DNA from: Candidatus Poseidonia alphae
GTDB taxonomy: Archaea > Thermoplasmatota > Poseidoniia > Poseidoniales > Poseidoniaceae
Direction of reading: 5' to 3'
Assembly (NCBI GenBank): GCA_002505405.1
Contig: DAVD01000037.1
Coordinates: 187-64,186, forward strand
DNA length: 64,000 nucleotides
Shown: piece by piece, positions 56,598 to 64,000 of the stretch
Layout: each line of letters begins with the position of its first letter
How positions within the stretch are numbered: position 1 is the first letter of the stretch
The notes under the pieces: generated by a model
What the model was told of the DNA's origin: nothing
Database searches by the model: none
What the model saw: only the letters and a program-made list of their open reading frames with translations
Translations under genes and position numbers: made by a program

Positions 56598-57891
56598 GGC
56601 CTCCAAAACCACGGCTGTTGCATTCACGGTGCTTCTGTTCCTTTGCTGCATCCCCACAATGAACGGGTCGGCTGAACTTACGCCTGACGAGCGTCTTGCA
56701 GAACAAGGTTTGACTCTGCTTGCCTTGCGTAATGACACGATCGATACCAATCAAGATGGAGACATTGACGCCGTCAGAGTTGTGGTTGTTCTCAATTCGA
56801 CGCAATCTCAGAACGAGATGATCATCAAGTTACGCGGGTTGCACAAAGAACGCGAGGTCATGGTGATTCAAGAATTAGCATTTGAATCTCAAACCAACAT
56901 CAGTCTAGTGTACGATTCATGGTCCGCCGGAGAACATGATTTACGGCTGGACTTCTTTGACCGTGACGGTGATTTCATCGCAACTTATCCTCTTCCAACG
57001 TTCCTCCTTAGGCCTGCTCTGCAAGTCCCACTTGTTCGTCTTGACCTTGATGCTGGACAAAGCATCCAAACGGGAGAAGTCTGCACCGTCAACAGAGACT
57101 TTTCCGATGAAACCGGACCGCGCTACGGTGAAACTGGAGTGCGTACCTTCACGGGTGCGCCGTTCAGTGTTCTTGAAACCCAGCAATCTCTTGATTGTTC
57201 ATCTTGGCCTGCAGGCGATTACGAACTGAAAGAAACCTATCGCAACGGGCTGGGTCAAACAACAGAATCAACATTAAACTTCACCATTTTCAATCGCCCC
57301 CCTCCTGATTTCACACTGAGGGTAATGGGCCATCAAAATACAACGGATACGCCGTGTTCTGTAATGATCGAATCCGAGCAAACCATGGACTATTCCTCTA
57401 TGGCCAAGGTATGGTCGGTCCAGGGCACGGTTGTTTCAGGCATCAACAGCACCACTCTGGATTGTTCATATTTGGGCCCAGGAGCCCATCTTGTGACGCT
57501 AGAAATCATCACTGGAAAAATGATCTCATCAACTCAAGGGACCAATATGATCCGTCTTCCCTCGTTGGAACTGATGGAAAATGAGAGTGCATCTCTCCCG
57601 TCAACCTCACTCGGCCCTGAAACAAAAACAACGTCGGTGGGCTGGGTTTCAATGGGCATCTTGGCTCTTGTCGTGACGGTTCTTGTCTTCCTGATGCTGG
57701 TTAGGGTTCGTGAACCCGAACCTCTTGAACTGCCCAACTTAGGGCCTGAGCCTCAAATTTTAGCCGACGGCTCTCCAGATTCACAGGGACTCCCCACAAC
57801 GGTCGACGACCAAGGCATGTTGTGGCGGCAACATCCCGATGGCTCTGTAGATTGGTGGGACCAAGACTGGAGGATCTGGCATAAGTGGTGA
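56590..57891 (+). CDS. Secreted, TM-anchored hypothetical protein with a Trp-rich cytoplasmic tail
   Basis: ATG 56590 overlaps the upstream gene end by 8 nt. Signal AVAFTVLLFLCCIPTMNGSA. TM WVSMGILALVVTVLVFLMLV. Tail MLWRQHPDGSVDWWDQDWRIWHKW. Confidence 0.65.
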   Translation: MNEASKTTAVAFTVLLFLCCIPTMNGSAELTPDERLAEQGLTLLALRNDTIDTNQDGDIDAVRVVVVLNSTQSQNEMIIKLRGLHKEREVMVIQELAFESQTNISLVYDSWSAGEHDLRLDFFDRDGDFIATYPLPTFLLRPALQVPLVRLDLDAGQSIQTGEVCTVNRDFSDETGPRYGETGVRTFTGAPFSVLETQQSLDCSSWPAGDYELKETYRNGLGQTTESTLNFTIFNRPPPDFTLRVMGHQNTTDTPCSVMIESEQTMDYSSMAKVWSVQGTVVSGINSTTLDCSYLGPGAHLVTLEIITGKMISSTQGTNMIRLPSLELMENESASLPSTSLGPETKTTSVGWVSMGILALVVTVLVFLMLVRVREPEPLELPNLGPEPQILADGSPDSQGLPTTVDDQGMLWRQHPDGSVDWWDQDWRIWHKW

Positions 57892-57895
57892 TTGT

Positions 57896-58771
57896 ATGGA
57901 TGTTTCAGAAGCAATATGGGCGGTCGTGTTAAGCCTCGCAGGATTATTTGTTCTACGCCTCGCCTATGTTTGGTGGACTCGCGTCCGCCCACTTCGCCCA
58001 AAATTGGACCTCATATGGGCTGCTGATTGTGAACACCTCACTACCGCTGAAGTCGATGGAAACGATATCACGTTCAAAATGGTTCGAGACTTTCACTGGC
58101 GAACCACTCGAGACCGCGACGAGCGCTGGGAAGAAGAGGTCAAGGTCCGTTTAGATGAACTCAAGGATGTTTGGTTTATGGTGGACCATTTTCATGCGAT
58201 AAAAGGAATGGCTCATACCTATCTCACCTTTGAATTTGAATGCGGAACATGCCTCTCCTTTTCTTTTGAAACCCGCCGAGAAAAAGGTGAGCGTTACCAT
58301 CCTTGGGACGGCCTATGGCGTGCGTATGAACTCTATCTCTTGGTTGGCTTTGAACGCGACGTGACGGGGCTACGAACCCATGCTCGCAACAATAAGGATT
58401 ACATGTTCAGGGCAATCACGCCTCCTGGGAAAGACAAGATGCTTCTTCTTGGTATGATTCAAAAATTAAATCAGCTTTCAGTGAGCCCAGAGTGGTACCA
58501 TTCTTTGCTGACGACCTGCAATACCTCCATCGTTCAAATCGTTAATCGCGTCACTCCCGGAAGAATTCCGTTCTTATGGAGGAATTTCCTGCCAGGCCAC
58601 ACACCTCGGGCCGCATTTAAACTCAAACTGATCGAAGATTGGGGTGGTTACGAGCCTACACTCGAGCGAGCCCGGATTGATGAGGTGGCCCAACAGTGGG
58701 ATGGTGTCGAGGATTATTCGGCCATGCTGAGAAACCATCTGCCTAAAGGTCCAATCACAGAAGAGATTTGA
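57896..58771 (+). CDS. Membrane-anchored hypothetical protein, tentatively DUF4105-like
   Basis: N-terminal TM AIWAVVLSLAGLFVLRLAYVWW. HTYLTFEF and YHSLLTTCNTSIV resemble DUF4105 signatures, recalled from memory only. Confidence 0.45.
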   Translation: MDVSEAIWAVVLSLAGLFVLRLAYVWWTRVRPLRPKLDLIWAADCEHLTTAEVDGNDITFKMVRDFHWRTTRDRDERWEEEVKVRLDELKDVWFMVDHFHAIKGMAHTYLTFEFECGTCLSFSFETRREKGERYHPWDGLWRAYELYLLVGFERDVTGLRTHARNNKDYMFRAITPPGKDKMLLLGMIQKLNQLSVSPEWYHSLLTTCNTSIVQIVNRVTPGRIPFLWRNFLPGHTPRAAFKLKLIEDWGGYEPTLERARIDEVAQQWDGVEDYSAMLRNHLPKGPITEEI

Positions 58772-59420
58772 TGATCACAAGAGCACCTTCTTCAAATGAA
58801 AGTTGAATGCGATTGTTCTTGGCGATATTATGGACGCCCTGGCTTCCCATCTCCAATCGGTGTTGATGCAATTCATAGGCGCAGCCGGTGAGGTTAAGGC
58901 CGTCGCAAAAGGGAATCGCAAACAATGAAAACTCACCCTCAGGGCCAACTTCTATAGAATAGTTTTTGCCTTTGATAAGGGTCTGTATACTCTTCTTTTC
59001 ATGGATCATTTCAATCTGAAGTTGGGAGGCCACACTTGTCAGGATGTTTCCCCACTCATGGCCAAGGTCATGACCTAATCCACCAAAGACCACCAACCTT
59101 GTGTGTCCTTTTTCGGCACAATAGGTGACGGCCTTTGAAAAATCGTTCGATTCTTGGTCGTTGTTTTCAACAACCTCACCACCTTGTTTGTTAAATCGCA
59201 TCAACGTCCTTTCGAGAACACTGTCCATGTCTCCAATAACGGTGTTGACCACCAGGTCAACTTCCAGTGCTCGGTCAAGGGCGCCATCACAAGCAATGAC
59301 GTGAACAGCTTGTTCGCACTGAGCCTGAAGAACAGCAATACTCGGCCACGGGCCGTTTGCTAAAATGAGACTGTAGGCTTCCTCCACGATGCGACGAATC
59401 GGTTTCCCCTTCTCAACCAA
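58755..59420 (-). CDS. Thiamine pyrophosphokinase
   Basis: LILANGPWP, VIACDGA, VIGDMDSV (GDxDS motif). TTG start. The 3' end overlaps the convergent gene by 17 nt. Confidence 0.75.
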   Translation of the reverse strand: MVEKGKPIRRIVEEAYSLILANGPWPSIAVLQAQCEQAVHVIACDGALDRALEVDLVVNTVIGDMDSVLERTLMRFNKQGGEVVENNDQESNDFSKAVTYCAEKGHTRLVVFGGLGHDLGHEWGNILTSVASQLQIEMIHEKKSIQTLIKGKNYSIEVGPEGEFSLFAIPFCDGLNLTGCAYELHQHRLEMGSQGVHNIAKNNRIQLSFEEGALVIIKSLL

Positions 59421-59448
59421 ACGGTCCTCATCATTGACCTTTTCTCAA

Positions 59449-59470
59449 TTGACCCCCTATGGGGGGTCAA
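59449..59470. promoter_or_regulatory. Perfect 9-bp inverted repeat TTGACCCCC-tatg-GGGGGTCAA in a divergent intergenic region
   Basis: Read directly: arms at 59449-59457 and 59462-59470. It lies between the TPK start (59420, minus) and the FG-GAP gene start (59518, plus). Confidence 0.5.
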
Positions 59471-59517
59471 GAAATAAGTGAACAATGATTTTCAAGGTCG
59501 GGGTGTGTGAGTGTAAC

Positions 59518-62500
59518 ATGTCGGGCGCTCGTTTTGGAACTCCAATGCAAAAAAGCGTGATGATTTTCCTGCTTTTTTTACTCACTTCTTTTTCCCCGAT
59601 GGTGAATTACAAGGGGGTGGAAATCTTTGATGAGTCCACAGAAAACCCTCAATCCACGTCTCCATTCACCCTCTCAAGTGGTGATGGACATGACTTTGCG
59701 GGTACTGTAATTTCATTCGATGGCCTTGAAAGCGGTACTGTTCGGGAGGAATCGGCTTTGGATTTTTGGTCAAATGTTGAATTAAACAATTCCTCAGTTG
59801 AACATCACGGCACGCCTGATATGAAACTCACCCGCTCCGACAACGAACATTTCTGCTGGAGTACAGAAGAAGGCCCGGTCCGAACCGCCATTCATCGTCC
59901 CAGTGGTTCATGGACTTCGATGCTCGTGGATAACGTGTCTTCATCCAATTCAACAGCACTTGTTGACTGTGCTATTTCGGTGACGGAGAACGAACGCCCA
60001 CGTGTTCTTTACGCCGACGGACCGGATTTGAAAATGGGCCGTTACGCCGCTTTGAGTCAAAATTACTGGGATCGTGCAAGATGGCATACACGCACAATTT
60101 TTGAAGACGTCAACCCCACTCATTTGGAAATGGACATTACCCCTGAAGGACTGGAATGGGGGCTCATGAGGACACAAGATGGCGCCTTGCATCAGGTGAA
60201 CTTCAGCGGTAACTATTGGACAAAATTCCTCCTGGATGCCGGGCCTGTCGGAACCGACCTTGAGTTAGAGGTTGATTCAACCGGTGTTGCCCATATTCTC
60301 TACACTCGCAATACTACGGGTTCAGTTGTCTTGCTACGCATTGACGGTTGGGAGCATGAAACTCAGATCCTTTCCCAAGATACGGCCACAAGTTCAGCAC
60401 TCGGGATGGGGCTGGACAACAATAACGTTGAGCAAGTAGCAACGGTCGTACAAGGGCCGTCCAGTTTTTCCATCCAGTTGATTCGTTCCCTTGATGGACA
60501 AGATTCAGGAAGAATTAACCCGACGCCGTCCTACACTGTTTCCGGACAAGATGACGCCTCGGAAGGCTCCATGGCGATGGGGGACTTGAACGCTGATGGC
60601 TTCGTGGATTTGATTATTGCAACCCCAACAGCAAACCTGCTCGGCCACACTCATAACGGTAGGGTCAATGTCTATCACGGTTCAACCGCAGGCCTTTCAT
60701 CGGTTCCAGATGTCATCCTTGCCGGTGAAGATGATGATTTCCACTTTGGGATGGGCATTGATCTTGGTGACTTTAACGGAGATGGGATTCAAGACCTTGC
60801 TGTTGGCGTTCCAGGCTGGCACAATCTTACTCAAAGCGAAGGTCAGCAAGGACAGGTTCAAATTTTTGCTGGTCACACCGATGGACTGACCTCCCAACCC
60901 ATGTACTCGATGTCAGGATCAGGAAATGAGCGCCTTGGAAATCTTGTGAACTCGCTTGAACAGAACGATGGTTCTCCCGCATTGGCGGTCTCTGCACAGG
61001 GGTGGAGTAACGGTCTTGAAGGCGTGGAGAATAAATCTGGAAAAGTCCTTCTCTTTGATTTTGAAAACGGGAGCATGACGTTACAACGTAATTTGACTCA
61101 AACCTCATTCGGGAAAATGTTTGGACGAACGATGGAAGCCTGTGACATTAACGGAGATGGTTTTGATGAATTGGTCATTGCGAACACGGGGACTTTCTCT
61201 AATGCTTTGTCGTATTCATCTGTTGAATACTTTGAAGGTTCTTCAAACGGATACGATGGCTCTCCAATCCACGTTATTGAGTCCAACCAACAAGGAAGGT
61301 TATTTGGGCATAATCTCGCCTGTTTGGGCGATGTTACCGGTGATGGTCTTGAGGATCACATCATTACAGAACCGTTTAACAGTTCAGGAGGCGGCTTTAG
61401 TGCAGGAAAACTATGGTTGTACAATGGAACGACAGGTTCCATGTCTGTTGAACCGGATTGGGTCCTCCTCTCGTCCGAGGCAAACGCTCGAATTGGCGCA
61501 GCAGTTGAATCGGTCGGGGACCTCAACGACGATGGTTTTGATGATGTCCTCATCAGTAAAGTCGGAGGAGATAGCGGGGGCAGTATCGAGATTTTCCTGG
61601 GCTCATCAAGCGGATTACAGACGGAATCTCAATTGCTTGCTCAAGGACTTAGCGGTGAATCTCTTGGCGCTATCATCGCAGGATACGGGGACATTGATGG
61701 AGATGGACTGAATGAAATCGTCTATTCAATGAGGAACACATCAGGTGGGACCGATTTCAGTTTGAATTATCCCGTTCTTACCGAACGCGATTGGGAATCA
61801 CTCACGTTTACCTACAACGGTGTGCTCACCGGCTTGGACCTCGGTACGGCTACACGTGGAGAAACTTCAATCGTCTTCACGCTGGCCAATAACGACGGAC
61901 ATCAACTGATGAAACTTGAACACATGAAGGACGGAACTCCAATCGGGCAATGGTTAGAGCAATGCATTGTTTCCTCGATTGACCCATCAACCCAATTCAT
62001 TTTCGACGTTCGCTCATCGGGAATGCCGATTATCGTTACCGAAGACAATGTGCATATGGTTCTCCATACAGTGTCGTCAATGACGGCAGTCGAAATGGAA
62101 GTGGCAACCACTGGAACCATGGGGCAATACCTTGGAGCGTCATTGGATGCTGACGGTCAACAAGTGCTTGCGTATACTTCAGGGACGGGTCAACAAATTT
62201 TCCTTAGCCAAGAATCAACATCAGGTTGGACCCACGAAATGGTACGTTCTGCTGCAGTTCTTGGCGGATCGATCTCAGTTTCAGTTGACGGGGCAGGGGC
62301 GCCACATCTGGTCTACAGGCTCACAAACAACCAACTTGAACTCGCACAACGACCGAGCGGATGGGCTCTTACTTCTCTTGGAAACGAAGGTGAAGCCGTC
62401 TCAACGCAGCATCCATCCCTCATCATGCCGGATGGAAACCTTGCGGTTGCACTGGTTACCTCAGATGGTAACGCAACAAACCTCTCTCTTTGGACGTATG

Positions 62501-64000
62501 ACGGCCAGCAATTGGAATCCTCATGGATTGCGAATCAATCTGATTTGGACGTCCAGATCTCAACTGCTTTGCTCTCCAACGGTTCCTTGTTGGTCGCTAC
62601 CCTCACTTCAACAGGTGAATTGTCTTTGTTTGAACAATACCCTGGTTCAAGCGTATGGGAGAATCATTCCATCGCTCAACCAAGCGGTACTGACAATGAA
62701 TACCGCTTGGACCTCTATGGCGGTCAGAATCCGGTTTTAGCTGTCCGTGCAAATTCCATTTCCGCTCTTTACAGTGTGAATGGAGATGGAAACTGGACCT
62801 CGATTGCAGAACGACCTGCAGCAGCGGTTGATGGTGCCTGGGATGTTGTGCATATGGGCAGCCACTTGCTCCTCTTGACAAGTGAACCTTCTACTCAGCG
62901 CGTAACGGTCAACACACTTGACCTCAACAGCATTGCGAATGCTTCTCCTTCCTGGATCAGCGTTGCTTTTGGTGACATCGAATCATCTGGTCCACTGAAC
63001 GCAATGGTTGACACGAACGGCACCGTACACCTTTCTTATTGGGATACGTCGTCCGATGACGTCGTGGTCTTGAGGTTGTACGCCGACCAAGATAGAGACC
63101 TCGTGTTTGACCTCGTTGATGCTTTGCCGACGGTTGGAAATCAATGGATGAACAGCGACTCTGATGGTTACGGGGACAATCCACTTGGTCCATTGGGTGA
63201 CGATTGTCCGAACACAACAGGCTCCTCCGGATATGTACTTCATGGATGCCCGGACTTTGATGTCGACGGGTTTGCAGACCAAATTGACGCCTGTCCTGAT
63301 GACGGCGGTACATCTTGGATTGACCGCTTTGGATGTGAAGATGCCGATCAAGACGGCTGGTCTGACAACGGACAAGGTTACATCGACGGTGACCGATATC
63401 CTGACAATTGGAAAATTTCCCTTGACAGCGATGGGGATACCTACGGGGATAACCACGGTCCTGATTGCTGCGATAGTGAATTTGATCCTGCCGTTGGCGA
63501 TGAATTCCCCTACATATCAAGTCAATACAAAGACAGGGATGGAGACGGGTACGGCGACAACGATTCCGATTCGGTATACGGAGATTTTTGCCCCTTTGAT
63601 TGGGGCAGCTCTTACCTTGACCGAAATGGATGTCTTGACACGGATGGAGATGGTGCAAGCGACCCTTCCGATACAGGCACCTCATTGGAATGGAATGAAT
63701 CCATGGGGGCCGACATGTGGCCTACTGACCCAACACAATGGGCGGACAGTGACGGTGACGGCTTCGGCGATAACGGTTCAATGAATGCAACCAACCCCGA
63801 CAGCTTCCCGAACAACATCGCTGTTGCAAACGATTCGGACCAAGACGGATATCCCGACACGTGGACGGAATTTTACAATGCCACCATGGATGATGACGAT
63901 GATGGAATTGAGAACGCTTTCGATTGGTGCGGAGGGTCCATTACAAATTCTACAGAACAGGTCGACGCAGAAGGGTGCAATGATTTTGATTCAAGACCCA
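59518..64000 (+). CDS. Giant surface protein (over 1494 aa; the 3' end runs off the window): FG-GAP/integrin-alpha-like propeller repeats followed by TSP3-like Ca-binding repeats
   Basis: Absent from the ORF track because no stop lies in the window. Hand translation from ATG 59518 is stop-free to nt 64000. Signal MIFLLFLLTSFSP. FG-GAP units: GDLNADGFVDLII, GDFNGDGIQDLAVG, CDINGDGFDELVIA, GDVTGDGLEDHII, GDLNDDGFDDVLIS, GDIDGDGLNEIVY. TSP3-like units from about 63140: DSDGYGDN, DRDGDGYGDN, DSDGDGFGDN. Confidence 0.8.
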   Translation, partial: MSGARFGTPMQKSVMIFLLFLLTSFSPMVNYKGVEIFDESTENPQSTSPFTLSSGDGHDFAGTVISFDGLESGTVREESALDFWSNVELNNSSVEHHGTPDMKLTRSDNEHFCWSTEEGPVRTAIHRPSGSWTSMLVDNVSSSNSTALVDCAISVTENERPRVLYADGPDLKMGRYAALSQNYWDRARWHTRTIFEDVNPTHLEMDITPEGLEWGLMRTQDGALHQVNFSGNYWTKFLLDAGPVGTDLELEVDSTGVAHILYTRNTTGSVVLLRIDGWEHETQILSQDTATSSALGMGLDNNNVEQVATVVQGPSSFSIQLIRSLDGQDSGRINPTPSYTVSGQDDASEGSMAMGDLNADGFVDLIIATPTANLLGHTHNGRVNVYHGSTAGLSSVPDVILAGEDDDFHFGMGIDLGDFNGDGIQDLAVGVPGWHNLTQSEGQQGQVQIFAGHTDGLTSQPMYSMSGSGNERLGNLVNSLEQNDGSPALAVSAQGWSNGLEGVENKSGKVLLFDFENGSMTLQRNLTQTSFGKMFGRTMEACDINGDGFDELVIANTGTFSNALSYSSVEYFEGSSNGYDGSPIHVIESNQQGRLFGHNLACLGDVTGDGLEDHIITEPFNSSGGGFSAGKLWLYNGTTGSMSVEPDWVLLSSEANARIGAAVESVGDLNDDGFDDVLISKVGGDSGGSIEIFLGSSSGLQTESQLLAQGLSGESLGAIIAGYGDIDGDGLNEIVYSMRNTSGGTDFSLNYPVLTERDWESLTFTYNGVLTGLDLGTATRGETSIVFTLANNDGHQLMKLEHMKDGTPIGQWLEQCIVSSIDPSTQFIFDVRSSGMPIIVTEDNVHMVLHTVSSMTAVEMEVATTGTMGQYLGASLDADGQQVLAYTSGTGQQIFLSQESTSGWTHEMVRSAAVLGGSISVSVDGAGAPHLVYRLTNNQLELAQRPSGWALTSLGNEGEAVSTQHPSLIMPDGNLAVALVTSDGNATNLSLWTYDGQQLESSWIANQSDLDVQISTALLSNGSLLVATLTSTGELSLFEQYPGSSVWENHSIAQPSGTDNEYRLDLYGGQNPVLAVRANSISALYSVNGDGNWTSIAERPAAAVDGAWDVVHMGSHLLLLTSEPSTQRVTVNTLDLNSIANASPSWISVAFGDIESSGPLNAMVDTNGTVHLSYWDTSSDDVVVLRLYADQDRDLVFDLVDALPTVGNQWMNSDSDGYGDNPLGPLGDDCPNTTGSSGYVLHGCPDFDVDGFADQIDACPDDGGTSWIDRFGCEDADQDGWSDNGQGYIDGDRYPDNWKISLDSDGDTYGDNHGPDCCDSEFDPAVGDEFPYISSQYKDRDGDGYGDNDSDSVYGDFCPFDWGSSYLDRNGCLDTDGDGASDPSDTGTSLEWNESMGADMWPTDPTQWADSDGDGFGDNGSMNATNPDSFPNNIAVANDSDQDGYPDTWTEFYNATMDDDDDGIENAFDWCGGSITNSTEQVDAEGCNDFDSRP
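60570..61740 (+). repeat. FG-GAP repeat region (six clear D-x-(N/D)-x-DG-x-x-(D/E) Ca-loop units)
   Basis: See the units listed for CDS 59518-64000. Confidence 0.7.
63140..64000 (+). repeat. TSP3-like repeat array, the same module type as 54523-56320
   Basis: Units W-x-(D/N)-(S/T)-D-x-DG-(Y/F/W)-GDN and C-P-x(n)-G-C-x-D-x-D-x-DG. Confidence 0.75.

Noticed and set aside
59421-59517. A possible TPP riboswitch upstream of the thiamine pyrophosphokinase gene.
   Set aside because: No CUGAGA / ACCUGA-type conserved TPP-aptamer elements are present. The region is only 97 nt and is dominated by a simple palindrome.
1-64000. I looked for rRNA, tRNA, CRISPR arrays, transposases/integrases, inteins and a rhodopsin gene next to crtBI.
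   Set aside because: I saw no cloverleaf-like GC-rich segments in the few intergenic gaps and no regularly spaced direct repeats. I also saw no DDE or tyrosine-recombinase-like ORFs and no seven-TM retinal-Lys protein. A tRNAscan/Infernal/minCED run would be needed for certainty.

Overview
This is a gene-dense 64-kb fragment with about 55 protein genes. I found no rRNA, tRNA, CRISPR array, transposase or integrase by eye.

Likely source (inference): an archaeal chromosome segment, most plausibly an uncultured marine planktonic euryarchaeote (Marine Group II/Poseidoniales-like). The grounds are an archaeal-type ribosomal protein uS2, Trm5/Taw2, TrmB/Lrp/HxlR regulators, a dolichyl-phosphate-sugar GT2, and TATA-like boxes centred about 27 nt upstream of ATGs. 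An acidic proteome, giant adhesin-like surface proteins, and beta-oxidation and peptidase genes fit the same picture.

Main blocks:
- 1-1089: truncated Cas4-like nuclease with inserted TM helices.
- 1.2-9.6 kb: housekeeping and regulatory genes (uS2, Dus, wHTH regulators, PPP phosphatase, GT4, FadB-like fusion).
- 9.6-11.0 kb: translationally coupled E1-like + JAMM/JAB + small acidic protein cassette. This is the most unusual system in the window.
- 11.0-15.1 kb: glycosylation locus with a low-GC GT4 + FkbM methyltransferase insertion, a GT4 C-terminal relic and gmd.
- 15.3-25.6 kb: AOR, a second JAMM protein, S15 peptidase, anchored cyclophilin, Trx-like lipoprotein, Trm5.
- Five giant secreted/anchored proteins, about 16 kb in total (beta-helix/PKD-like, TSP3-like Ca-binding repeats, FG-GAP propeller).
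- uvrC, an HTH-STAND ATPase and stand-alone RAM-domain proteins.
- Two tandem BNR/Asp-box lipoprotein paralogs, duplicated together with their promoter.
- 43.5-54 kb: light/oxidative-stress supercluster (crtB, crtI, ABC1 kinase, TrmB, 2 peroxiredoxins, ribA, NUDIX, class II photolyase, SRPBCC-SDR).

All functional calls come from motif recognition in the supplied or hand translations. No database search was run.
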